Assembly: GCA_963771445.1 (NCBI GenBank)
Contig: CAVYTQ010000007.1
Span: 7,572-71,571 of the forward strand
DNA: 64,000 bases
Direction: 5' to 3'
Source of the DNA: an uncultured Planctomycetota bacterium
GTDB lineage: Bacteria; Planctomycetota; Planctomycetia; Isosphaerales; Isosphaeraceae
The notes under the pieces were generated by a model, which was given only the letters and a program-made list of their open reading frames with translations, did no database searches and was not told where the DNA came from. This document shows positions 45,004 to 55,800 of this stretch, in pieces. The first letter of the stretch is position 1. Every line of letters starts with the position of its first letter. Both the position numbers and the translations under genes were made by a program.

Positions 45004-46528
45004 TCAGAACGACTCCGGGACCGTCCCTCCTTGCAGCAGGTCATCGAGCGCCTGGACCGCCCCCTCGCCCGCCACCCGCCACTGCCGGCAGGTGTCGCGG
45101 TCGCGGAACGTCACCGTGCCGTCGGCCAGCGTCTGGCTGTCCACCGTGATGCAAAACGGCGTGCCCGCCTCGTCCTGTCGGCGATACCGCCGCCCGATCG
45201 CGCCCTTCTCATCATAGAAGACGTTGAACCGCCGCTTCAGCTCGCGGTAGATGGCCTCGGCCTTCTCGGGCATGCCGTCGCGCTTCACCAGCGGGAAGAC
45301 GGCCGCCTTCACCGGTGCGATCCTCGGGTGGAACTTCAGCACGGTCCGCGCCTCGCCCCCGACCTGGTCCTCGGTATATGCCTCGCACAGGAACGCCAGC
45401 GTCGCGCGGTCGGCGCCCGCCGACGGCTCGATCACGTGCGGCACGAACCGCTCCTTCTTCTCCTCGTCGAAGTAGCTCAGGTCCTTGCCGCTGAACTTGA
45501 TGTGCTGGTTGAGGTCGTAGTCGCCCCGGTGCGCGATCCCCTCGAGCTCGCTGACGCCGAACGGGAACGCGTATTCGATGTCGGCGGTCGCCGTCGAGTA
45601 GAACGCCAGCTCCTCGGCGTCATGGTCGCGCAGCCGCAGGCGGTCCGATTGCAGGCCGTGATCCACGTACCACTGGAACCGCGCCTTCCGCCAGTACGCG
45701 TACCACTCCGCCGCCTCCTCCGGCCGGCAGAAGAACTCGATCTCCATCTGCTCGAACTCGCGCGAGCGGAACGTGAAGTTCCTGCGGGTTGATCTCGTTG
45801 CGGAAGCTCTTGCCGACCTGCGCGATGCCGAACGGCAGCTTCACCCGCCCGGTGTCCACCACATTCTTGAAGTTGGCGAAGATCCCCTGCGCCGTCTCCG
45901 GCCGCAGGTAGGCCACGTTCGACTCGCTCTCGAGCGCGCCGACGAACGTCTTGAACATCAGGTTGAACGAGCGGGGCTCGGTCAAGGTGCCGCGTTCGTC
46001 GGTCGCCGGCCCGATGACCTTCTCGCGGTCCTCGGCCGAGATGTTCAGGTAGGGGATGACGGTCGGCGGCCCCGCCGGCTGGCCGAACCGCTTGGCCAGC
46101 TTGGCCGCGCGCTTCTCGACCGACGCCGCGGCCTCCTCGGGGCTGCCGCCCAGGCCCGCCAGCCACGACTCCGTCGGCTCACCCTTCTGGTTCACCGCCG
46201 GGTAGACGTAGGCGAACACATACATCTGGTCGGCGCGATAACGCTCCTTGGTCGCCCGGCAGTCGACCATCGGGTCGGAGAACCCGCCGACGTGCCCCGA
46301 CGCCTCCCAGACGCGCGGATTCATGATGATCGAGCAGTCGAGCCCCACCATGTCGTCGCGCATCCGGACATTGTCGGCCCACCAGGCGTCCTTGATATTG
46401 CGCTTCAGCTCGACGCCCAGCGGGCCGTAGTCCCAGAACCCGTTGATCCCGCCGTAGACCTCGCTCGACGGGAAGATGAACCCCCGCCGCTTGCAGAGCG
46501 AGACCAGCTTGTCCATATCGTCCAGCAT
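45004..46528 (-). CDS. glyQS: glycine--tRNA ligase, single-chain class II type (one apparent frame break near 45780)
   Basis: Motifs [50 protein letters not shown] and [10 protein letters not shown]. The pieces are track ORFs 45620..46621 and 45004..45747. Confidence 0.93.
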
Positions 46529-46617
46529 CGCGTTACCCTTCCCCGGTCGATCGTAGCGTGGGTGCAACCCACCGGATTTCCGGCCTTTCCTCGGTGGGTT
46601 GCACCCACCCGACGACT

Positions 46618-47412
46618 TCACACCTTAACGATCCTTAGCGGGTCGCGCGTCAGCTCCGCGATGAGCGGGAAGCGGTCGACCTCGCCGGCAGACTCGATGT
46701 CCTTCGCCAGGCCGATGCGGGTGACATTCTGCCCGCCGCGGCCCATCGCCAGCAACTGCCACAGGGCGCGTCGCTCGAGGTACCGCTCCGCCTCCAACCA
46801 TTGCGACAGCACGATCAGCGCCTCGTCGTTCCCGACCCGCATGCCCTCGGGATACTGGGGAACCTTGGCCGCGGCGAGCTGCGTCGCCAGGGCACCCGGC
46901 CAGCAGCGAGTCCTCCAGGCTGATGAACCCCTCCGTCCCCGAGCAGACGATATGGACCGGATGCCCGTGATCCTTCTTGAGGAACTGGACGGTCAGCTCG
47001 TCGGCGGTCGCCTTGAGGTTGGCGAAGCTGGCGATGTAGACCCGCTCGGCCTCCAGGCTCGCCAGGATCGCGCGGGTGCCGTTGGTCGTGGTCATGACGA
47101 GGGTCTTCCCCTCGCAAACCTCGCGGGTGTAATCGCCGGGCGAGTTGCCCAGGTCGAAGCCCTCGATCGGCAGCCCGCCGCGCTCGCCGCCCAGGATGGC
47201 CGTTCCCGCCGGCAGGCCGGCTGCCACCTGCGCGCCTCGTCGATCTCGCCGCAGGGGATCACGGCCTCGCAGCCGTTCGCCAGCGCGTGGACCATCACGG
47301 TCGTCGCGCGTAGCACGTCCACCACCACCGCCACGCCGCCCCGCAGGCTCCCCGGCGGGATCAGGCTCGGCAGCAGGTGGACGAACACCCGCGGTCTCTC
47401 GGTCGGGCTCAT
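46618..47412 (-). CDS. comB: 2-phosphosulfolactate phosphatase family protein (two apparent frame breaks near 47230 and 46890)
   Basis: [34 protein letters not shown] and TTTNGTRAI are typical of ComB. The pieces are track ORFs 47092..47631, 46625..47227 and 46618..46842. Confidence 0.8.
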
Positions 47413-47731
47413 CTCGGCGGTCGTCGTCACGTGGTCACCCCCCTGTGGCTCGGGCACGACGATTATGTCATACGCACCGCGATCTGGGGAGCCATCGCCC
47501 TCCCGCGCCCCGGGTCGCTCGTTGCTCGAGCCCGGCGACCGGCCCCAAACCGATCCATGCCAGGGCCCTGCGAGACGCCGCGACCTTCCCCTTCCCGACC
47601 CCGCCGTTTTCCGGTAGGCTTCGACCCTCACACGCCCGATCGCCTGGCCTCCAGGCCGGGCCGAACGGCTCGGGACATCCCACCCGTGCCGGCAGACCGT
47701 CGGGGATGGCCAGTCTCGTCGAGGTGCATGG

Positions 47732-48632
47732 ATGCACGAGCCGAAAGGGCGCTATCTTCCTCTGGCCGGGCCGCGGCGATTCATCGGGGACCTGGTGCAT
47801 TTCGCGCACCGCATCCCCTCGGCGCCGGTGAGCCGGACGATGGACCTGAGTGCCCTGGCCGGGCCGAGGAAGCTTCATGCCTCCCGGCCGTCATGGGCAA
47901 CCCTCTTCATGAAGGCGTATGCCCTGGTCGGCGCGGCGAATCCGCAGTTGCGGCGGTCGTACCTCGCCTTCCCCTGGCCGCGGCTGTACGAGCACCCCTG
48001 GATGAACTGCGCCTGGCCATCGAGCGGACGTATCGGGGCGAGGACGGGGTCTTCGTGGGGCTGTTCCGCGCCCCGGAGCGGCAGACGCTCGCCGAGATCC
48101 AGCACTGGGTCGGGTGGTACAAGAACGAGGCGCTCGAGAAGGTCGGGTTCTTCCGGATGGCGCTGCGGTTCGGCTACGTGCCGCGTCCGATCCGCCGGTG
48201 CTCTGGTGGGGCACGCTGAACATCTCCGGCCAGAAGCGCTGCAAGCGATTCGGGACGTTCGGACTGTCGAGCTACGGGTCGCTCGGCGCCGAGCAGGTCC
48301 ACCCGATCTCGCCCCTGACGACGACGTTGACCTACGGCCCGATCGACCCCGCGACCCATCGCCTGGTCGTCAAGCTGATCTACGACCACCGCGTGCTCGA
48401 CGGTGCCTACGTCGCCCGCCGGCTCCGCGACATCGAGGACACCCTGAACGGCCCGATCCTGGACGAGCTGAACGGCGGCCCGGCGACCCTGGCCGGCGAA
48501 CCGGGCTCGGCGGTGGCGAATCCCTCGTCCCCGGCCGAGCCGCTCTGGAAGCCCCACGCCACCACCGTCCGACCCACCCGCGACGGCGAGAAGGCCGCCC
48601 CGTCCGACGCTCCAGGCCGTTCGGCCGATTGA
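47732..48632 (+). CDS. stand-alone 2-oxoacid dehydrogenase E2-type acyltransferase catalytic-domain protein (two apparent frame breaks near 48005 and 48190)
   Basis: The catalytic-type motif YDHRVLDG lies near the C-terminus. The CAT-like domain length fits. No lipoyl or E3-binding segment is present. The pieces are track ORFs 47732..48994, 47377..48219 and 48114..48632. Confidence 0.65.
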
Positions 48633-48727
48633 CGGTCGGTCGGGTTGCCACGAATCGGATCTCTCGTGGGATCGAACTCGGGCAATCGCACCACGGCGAG
48701 GCCGAGCCTCAGCGTATCCAGAGGGAT

Positions 48728-48951
48728 CGAACCACAGAGGCACCGAGACACCGAGAAATCACCGAGGAAAGCCCATCGATCTCGCCCAGTGTGACGATTG
48801 TACCCGCGGAACAAGCCTTCGCCAGTGAGTCTCACAGAGCGGCGAACGAGGCCGAACCTGATCGAGGTAAGGATCGGTCGTGGGGCCGCGCCATGGCGCC
48901 GTCGATCCGCGTGAGCTCTTCTCGTCTTCGTCTCTGTGCCTCTGTGGTTCG
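48728..48951. repeat. pair of 22-nt inverted repeats flanking about 180 bp (MITE/REP-like element)
   Basis: 48729-48749 reads gaaccacagaggcaccgagac. The reverse complement of 48930-48950 reads gaaccacagaggcacagagac. That is 20 of 21 identical plus a matching flanking c/g. It lies in the convergent intergenic spacer. Confidence 0.5.
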
Positions 48952-49133
48952 CTCCCTCTTGTTGAAGGCATCGCGGCCCGGCCGGTGCCCGTGATGTGAC
49001 GTCCCCGGCCCCTTCCGCCCGCCCGCCCGGGAGACCTGGCGGTCAGGCCGCCGGCGGGGTCGGAGACCCGCGCCGAACACAGGGTCGGTCGGCTCGGGTC
49101 GGAAGACCGATCGCCGGCAGAGCCGTCTCTGTG

Positions 49134-49201
49134 AAAAAAGCCGGCCCGGTCCGAACCGAGCCGTCCGATGCGATCGGACGGATCGTGCCGAACCGGGCCG
49201 G
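49134..49201 (-). terminator. candidate intrinsic terminator downstream of blaR1-like gene
   Basis: On the minus strand there is a 10-bp outer stem (49141-49150 with 49192-49201) and a 9-bp inner stem (ccgtccgat/atcggacgg, 49161-49181). A 10-nt internal loop separates them. A T6 run follows (A-run 49134-49139 on plus). The structure lies about 50 nt after the stop at 49252. Confidence 0.55.
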
Positions 49202-49251
49202 GTCCGCCTGGCTTCGGCTCCAGATCCGCATGGCCCCCAGGCGTTTCGCGC

Positions 49252-51424
49252 CTAGAAGTCGACGACCCCGGCGGCGACCAGCGCGGCAAACTCGGCCAGC
49301 GTCCCCAGACCGGCGGACTGCACGAGGATCGAGCGGCCCTCGCGATTGACCTGCATGTTCTTCCAGAATGCCCGGGCCATCCGGTCCGCCTTTTCCTGGG
49401 CGGCGCGGCGGGGCGTTGTGTCCGCCTCGGGCTTCGCGACCCGTTTGCCGACCAGGTCGAGGAGACCGCCGATCACGCGGGCGGTCGATTCGCTCGCGGT
49501 TCCGTCGGGAAATGTCCCGACGCCCCGGAACACGACCTGATCGTCGTCGTCGAGCCCGAGGACCCACGAGTCGGCACCATCGACCAGCGTCGCGGGGTCG
49601 AAGTCCCCCTTCTCCAGGTCGTCCCCGCGGAGGGGCTTCGCCAGGCGTTCCCCGCGGTTGTCCAGGGCGACGACCAGCAGCCCGCGGAGGAACCGGTCCC
49701 AGTCCTTCGCCTGCGCGAACACCGGCGCGGGCGGCGGCGTCGGGCGCCGGAGGTGTTTGAGCAGCCGCTTCTCGGCGACGGCGGGGAGCTCTTCGCCGGT
49801 GCACACGAGGGTCCGGTCGTCCGGGCAGAAGAAGAAGGCTTCCGGCGCGAGCAGGAAGTCCTTCGCCCGGTAGTAAACGCGGCCCGCCGGCCCGTCGCGC
49901 ACCTCGGTGATCTTGATCTGGAAGAGCCCGCAGAGTGCCACCCAGTCGACCGGCTCGGTCGTCCGGATTGTGAACATGGTGAAGGCCAGCCGCCCGTTCG
50001 GTTTCGGGCCGTTCGTCCGGTCAACCCGCACGCTGGCCGTGACCTGATCGAACAGGTCGATCCCCGGCGGCTTCCGGCCGGGCTGGGTCGGGTCGAACTT
50101 CAGTAAACTCGCGGCCTTCGCCCACTGCTGGCCGATCAACAGGTTCAGCATCACCCGGTATCCGCCCATGCCCGATCGGCGGAAGGCCGCCGCGGGCCGG
50201 AACGCCACGACGCCCTGCGAGTCGTCGTCGACGACGTACGACAGGTCAAAGGGCCGGTCCGACTTCAGCACCGTGTCGGCGACGTTCAGCTCGCCCAGGG
50301 CGTATTTCGACCCCGAGGCGGCGGGCCCATCGCCGTCATCGGCTCTTGCCGGCCCGTGCAACATCCACGCCCCGGCCGCGACGGCCACCAGCAGCGACGC
50401 CGCCAGGGCCCGAGCTGACCACGACCACGGCCGGTCCGGCGCCTTCGTTTCCTCACGCAACATGGCGATCCTCCTGATCAAGGTCCCCTTCGCCGGCAGG
50501 AACGCCCTGGCCGGCCAGCACGGGAGACGTCCATCCTGCCGCAGTGCCAGCCGCGACAGGCTTTGCAGGTATCGAGCCCTCCCGCCGGCGAACCGCGCAC
50601 CCAGGGCATCGGCGGCCAGCTCCTGCTCCAGCCGAAGGCGGGCCGTCAGCCAGTGCACCAGCGGGTGGTAGAAGTACAGGGCCATCGCGGCCTGGGCCAC
50701 GACGCCCGTGAGATAATCATCGCGGTGGATATGTGCCAGCTCGTGCGCCAGGACCGCGCGGCGACTCGTCGTCGTCCCACGACCGCCAGTCCTCGGGCAG
50801 CAGGATCAACGGGTTGAGCCACCCCGCCGTGGCCGGTGCATTCAGCTCGGCCGACTCGCGGACCTCGATCGGCCGCCGACAGCCCAGCTCGGCCCGAAGG
50901 TCCGCCAGCAGGCGACCCAGCTCGGGCTCGTCCACGGTTCGGCCCCGTCGCCTGAGGAAGTGGACGGCCCAGAGCCCGGCCAGCAGCCGGAGCAGTCCCC
51001 CGCCGGCCCCGATCAGGCAGGCGACCGCCAGGCCCCTGCCCCACGGTCGGCAGCGGGCCGCAGGCTCGGCCGCCGTCCGGTCGAGCCGCTCCCATCCGGC
51101 CCGCAGCATCTCGAACGCCCGCCCCGGTCGGTCGTCCGTCACCGTATTCAAGGGACTCGGCTCTCGCCCGCCCGGTGCGACATCACCGGCCGTCGCGAGC
51201 GAGACCGGCCGCACGACGGCCGCCTCGACCGGCTCCGTCGCCCGGCCCCGCAGGCCCAGCGATATCGGGCCCGCCACCACGACGAGGCCAAGGCCCACCG
51301 AGGCGACCCAGGCCCCCGAGGCCGGGCTCCTCCGCGAGGCCAACGCGTGGAGCGCAGCCGCCGCCAGGAGGATCGGGGAGATCTGGATCGCGGACCACAC
51401 AAGCATCGGACCCAGGTCGCTCAT
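49252..51424 (-). CDS. BlaR1/MecR1-like M56 peptidase signal transducer with ~400-aa C-terminal domain of unknown function (one apparent frame break near 50760)
   Basis: N-terminal TM segments are present. The HEXXH motif (AVLAHELAHIHRDD) is recovered in the frame joining track ORFs 50717..51424 and 49252..50700. The start overlaps the blaI stop by 4 nt. Confidence 0.85.
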
Positions 51425-51804
51425 CGGCCTCGCTCCTTCAAGACCTCTTCCAGCAGGTCGCGCTCCTCGGCGGTGAGCGCCCGATTCTCCACCAGGCGCT
51501 TCAGCAACTGGGCACGCGAACCGCCGAAGACGCGGCCCAGCAGGTCGCCCAGCAGCCGGCCGGAAACGTCCTCATACGACCGAACAGCCCGGTAGCGAAA
51601 CGGCTTCGCGTCGTTCACCTGGCGGAGGAATTCCTTGTCCGCCAGCCCCCGCACCAGGTTGGCGATCGTTGGGTACGTCCGGTCCAGCCCCGATGCCGCG
51701 AGCCGTTCGCGCGCCTCCGCCGCCGTCGCCTCGCCATGCCGCCAGAAGGCGTGCATGACCTCCAGCTCCCGCTCCGTCAGGTCCTTCGCAGGCGGGCGTC
51801 CCAT
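51421..51804 (-). CDS. blaI: BlaI/MecI/CopY-family transcriptional repressor
   Basis: LTERELEVMHAFWRHGEATAAEARERL...YPTIANLVRGLADKEFL is the penicillinase-repressor winged helix. It is 127 aa and forms the C-terminal part of chimeric track ORF 51421..52629. Confidence 0.9.
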   Translation of the reverse strand: MGRPPAKDLTERELEVMHAFWRHGEATAAEARERLAASGLDRTYPTIANLVRGLADKEFLRQVNDAKPFRYRAVRSYEDVSGRLLGDLLGRVFGGSRAQLLKRLVENRALTAEERDLLEEVLKERGR

Positions 51805-51837
51805 GCCACCGCTCCCCGGGCCGATTTGGTATTCCGA

Positions 51838-51853
51838 ATTTGGTTTTCCAAAT
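51838..51853. promoter_or_regulatory. perfect palindrome atttgg-tttt-ccaaat, candidate BlaI operator
   Basis: A 6-bp inverted repeat with a 4-nt spacer, 34-49 nt upstream of the blaI ATG, in a locally AT-rich stretch. A further atttgg half-site lies at 51824-51829. Confidence 0.35.
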
Positions 51854-51879
51854 CTAACGACCTGGGCGATCCTGTCAAC

Positions 51880-52161
51880 GCCGTCTTCCGTGACGGTGCG
51901 GCTTCTGTCAAAAAGGACGCTTCGACCGCCGACGGGATCCCTCGCATGGGTCCGCGCGGACTTGAACTCGTTGCAGGCATGGCACGCGAGCCAGAGGTTC
52001 TCCTCGATGGTCTCACCCCCCCTAGCCTCGGGGATGATGTGCTCGATGCTCAGACGGAACCCGGCGATGCTCTCGGGCGTCCGGCAGTAACCGCATCGCT
52101 GGCCGGCCGCCCGGGCGACGCGCTCGCGCAGATGGCGAGAGATGCGCGCCTTGCCGGCCAC
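51880..52161 (-). pseudogene. HNH endonuclease, C-terminally truncated; reading frame runs on without a stop into blaI
   Basis: CGYCRTPESIAGFRLSIEHIIPEARGGETIEENLWLACHACNEFK is a canonical HNH core. The usual C-terminal ~35 aa of this small-HNH family are missing. The GTG start is 3 nt after the stop of the upstream gene. The 3-prime boundary is approximate. Confidence 0.6.
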
Positions 52162-52163
52162 GC

Positions 52164-52574
52164 TCAGGTCTCCCCGGGTGCGACGACGGGGTGCCCGCGG
52201 TACTTCAACAGCAGGGCGGCGTACGAGCGCCGCAACGTCAGTCGATCCCCCTCGGATCGCAACCGTTCGAGCGCCCGCCGCCCTCGCTCGGTCAATTCCC
52301 CGCGCCGGTTCTGGTCGAGCAACCGCTCGAGCCGGAGTTGCTGGGCCGCGGTGGCCCGGCCGCGCACAATCTCGCCGAGCTCGGCATCGCTCCGGTCTTC
52401 CATGGACTCGAGCTCGCGGCGGAATTCGTCGGGCACGCGGTCCAGCGACGGGGTCGCCGCGCGGACGATATCCACCAGCGTCTTCTCGACCGGTTGATTC
52501 ATCCCCTTGGCGGCGCGTTGGACCCGCTCGTAGACGTCCTGGGGCAATTCCAGGGTGAGGACGGCTCGGGTCAT
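52164..52574 (-). CDS. hypothetical antitoxin-like small protein (136 aa) preceding the HNH gene
   Basis: An N-terminal RHH-like segment (LELPQDVYERVQRAAKGMNQPVEKTLVDIV) is followed by a helical C-terminal part ending AALLLKYRGHPV. This pattern is common in small cyanobacterial/planctomycete proteins next to HNH or PIN genes (from memory). Confidence 0.55.
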   Translation of the reverse strand: MTRAVLTLELPQDVYERVQRAAKGMNQPVEKTLVDIVRAATPSLDRVPDEFRRELESMEDRSDAELGEIVRGRATAAQQLRLERLLDQNRRGELTERGRRALERLRSEGDRLTLRRSYAALLLKYRGHPVVAPGET

Positions 52575-52814
52575 GGTCAGTTCCTACCTTTCCGACGTCG
52601 GGGTGGCCAATCCGCCGCCGGCGCATCAAGCGGGAGTCACCCGGCGCTCCCCCGCGAGTCGTCCGGCTCGGCCCGCCCCGCGAGTCCTCGCGATCGCCGA
52701 CGCCTGGCCCACCTCACCTCGATCCGATCCCATCATCATCGCGGCCGCGCGATGGGTCAAGCCGCGCGCAACCCGCACGAGCTTGCCGGCAGGTGGTGGG
52801 TACTTCTCGGCCCA

Positions 52815-55800
52815 TCAATGCCGCGCCGGAAGGCTCGCCGCCGGCCGTGCCATCGCCGTAAGCGAGCCGGGCGTCAGCGTCGGGGCCGCCAGGGTGCTCG
52901 CCTGGAAATCGGCGTCGCCGCCGTAGAGGATCGTGATCGACTTCTTGAGCACGCCGTTGGGCTTGACCGCCAGCATCGCCGCGCCGCCGCTCAGCGAGAC
53001 GGTCCCGAGAATTTTCACCTTCTTCTTCTGCATCAGCTCGAACGTCACCGTGCCGGACGGCACGCCGCCGCCGGGGGCCAGCGAAACGATCCTGGCCTCG
53101 AGACCGAGCGACACGACCTTCTTCTTCTTCAGCACCCCATGCGGGACCAGCATGATCTGGCTACCGGACCGGGCGACCGACTCCGACGTTGCTCCCGACG
53201 TCACCGCGGGGAACTCGGTGTTTCCGCTGTATGCGGCGGTGATCGACCGCGAGCCGAGGGACAGCGCGGTGGTGGTCAGCGCGGCCCTTCCCGAGCCGTC
53301 GAGCGCGACCGTTCCCAGCGTCGTGCCACCGTCCGAGAAGATTACGGAACCGGATGGCACGCCGGCGCCGGACACCATTGCGGTGAACGTGACCGACTGG
53401 CCGTAGACCGCCGAGCCGCCTGAGGCCGTGAGTATGACCGTCGCGGTGCCTTGTTGAATGGTGAAGATGACCGGGGCGGACTGCACGGCCGCATAATCGG
53501 CGCTGCCGGGGAAGCGGGCCACGACAGCGTAGTTCCCGGCGCGGCCGGCGGCGAGGTTCCGAGGTCGGTGCCCGATGTACTCGAGCCGACGTAGTAGGTC
53601 AGTACCGGGGCGACATCCTCCAGGCTGGCGGCCGGGGTGTTCGCACCGACGGACGCGGCGACCGTGACCGACGCGGGGAAGCGGCTGCCGTTGTAGGTGC
53701 CGCCGGGCGCGGAAACGCTCAGGACAGCCACGGCGGGCATGATGCTCGCCGATGCCGACGGCTGGGACAGCGAGTAGTCGGGCGCCTGGTCCCCGGCGAT
53801 ACTCAGGCCGGCGACCGTGACAGCCACGGGATTGCCGGGATGGGGCGAAGCGAAGGTGCCGGCCGCCGCGGCAAGCTGGAGCGTCACCTCGTCGCCGTTG
53901 AACACTCCCACCAGTTTCGCGCCGGCGGTATTGAGCGCGGCCGTGGTGGTCCCGTCGTAGGCCTTGCTCGCGGCCGTAACGCCCGCGACGGCGAGCGGCG
54001 CCGCGGTGATGACACCCGAGGTGATGCTGGCCACCGCGGTGACGGTGTAATCCTTCCCACCATTCCCGTCGTTGATGGTATAGCCGGTGGCAACCGACAG
54101 GGCCTTGCCGGTGCCGACGTCCTTGTTATTAAAGGTCTCGCTCAGCCCTGTCACCGTGTCATTACCCTTCAGCCCAACGACGAGGGGCGCGGTCGTCGAG
54201 GCAGTCGTGCCGTCGTAGGTCCGGGACTCGCTCGCCGCCGTGATCGTCAGCGGGGCCGCGTGGATCGTGCCGCCGGTGCTCGCCACGTCGGTGACGGTGT
54301 AGTCCTTCCCGCCGTTGCCGTCGTTGATGGTGTAGCCGGTGGCCACCGACAGAGCCTTGCCGGTGCCGACGTCCTTGTTATTGAAGGTCTCGCTCAGCCC
54401 TGTCACCGTGTCGGTGCCCTTCAGCCCGGCGACGGCGGGCGTGGCCGCGGCGGCGGTCGTGCCGTCGTAGGTCCGGGACTCGCTCGCCGCCGTGATCGTC
54501 AGCGGGGCCGGGGTGATATTCGCCGTCGCGGTGGCCGTCGCGGACGCGAGCTGGTAATTGCCGGTGTCGGCGCCGCTGAGGACCAACCCTGTGGCCGTGA
54601 CCGTCTTGCCGTTGCCGACACTCCTGTCGGCGAAGGTCGCGGTGCCACCTTTCAGGCCGACCGCATCGGTGCCGATCACCCCGACGAGCTTCTCGGAGCT
54701 CAAGGCCGCCGCGGTGGTCGCGTCATACACCTTGTTCGACGCCGTGAGGGCCGCCGTGACGCTGGCCTGGGCGATGTTCGCCGTTGTCGTGGCCGTGACC
54801 GAGGAGAGCTTGTACTTGCCGGCGTCGGGGCCCCCGAGCGCCAGGCCGGTGGCCGTGACCGTCTTGCCGGTCGCGGCATTCCTGTCGGCGAAGGCCACCG
54901 AGCCGATGATCTGAGTGACAGAGTCGGTCCCGATCACGCCAGTGAGCGTCGCGGACCGCAAGGTCGTCGCGGTCGTGCCGTCGTAAACCTTGTTGTTCGC
55001 CTGGATGACGACCGTCACCATCGCCGGCAGGACGGTCTGGCCCACCGTACCGGAGGCGCTGCCGAGGAAGTTGCCGGTCGTCATGTAGACGGCCTTGATG
55101 CTGTGGGGCGCCACGCCCAACGTCGAGATCGCGAGAGTCGAGCTCGCGCTGGCGCCGCTGCCGGCGAGTTTGGTGCCGGCCCCGAGGTCTTTCGAGCCGT
55201 CGAAGAACTCGGCGCTGCCGGTGGGCACCCCCGTGCCGCCATCGACGACGCTGACCGTGGCGGTGAAGGTGACCGACTGGCCATAATTCGACGTGCCGCC
55301 GCCGGCCGAGGAGGTCAGCCCGGTCTTCGTGAACAGGTAGGGGCTCTCGTACGCGCCGATGTCCACGATGCCGCCGACGATCCGCTGGAATCCGGTCCCC
55401 CTCTGGTCGGTGGTCAGGGAGTTGCCCTGTGAGTTGAACGGCCAGGGCGTTGCTGCCGGCGTTGACGGCGGGGCTGCCGGGGAGGAGGGCCATCGTGAGT
55501 GTGGCCCCGCCGTTCTTGGCCAGCGGGCCCAGGCCCAGGTTGGCGAGGCTGGTCAGGACGATGTTGCCGTTGGAGCCACCGGCGAGCCCGCCCGAGCCGC
55601 CGGTCCCGATCAGGTTGTCGCTGCCGGCGACCGCGCGGGCTCCCTCGATGTCGCTGGTCACGGCGGCGCGGGTGTTGGCGGCGATGATCGTGTCGTTCAG
55701 CGTCACGTTGCCGAAGTTGTCCAGGCCGCCGCCTTCGGTCCCGGCGGAGTTGCCGCTGATCGTGCAGCCGGTGAGGACCGCGGACCCGAGCCCGTTCGCG

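Noticed and set aside
44242-47617. ORFs 44242..45792 (+, 516 aa) and 45773..47617 (+, 614 aa)
   Set aside because: They are antisense shadows of the isomerase, glyQS and comB genes.
51421-52161. In-frame HNH-BlaI reading frame as a genuine bifunctional fusion protein
   Set aside because: The linker is the AT-rich promoter/operator-like region. BlaI has its own ATG in the normal position, and the HNH part lacks its normal C-terminus. It is more likely a truncation that happens to leave no stop.
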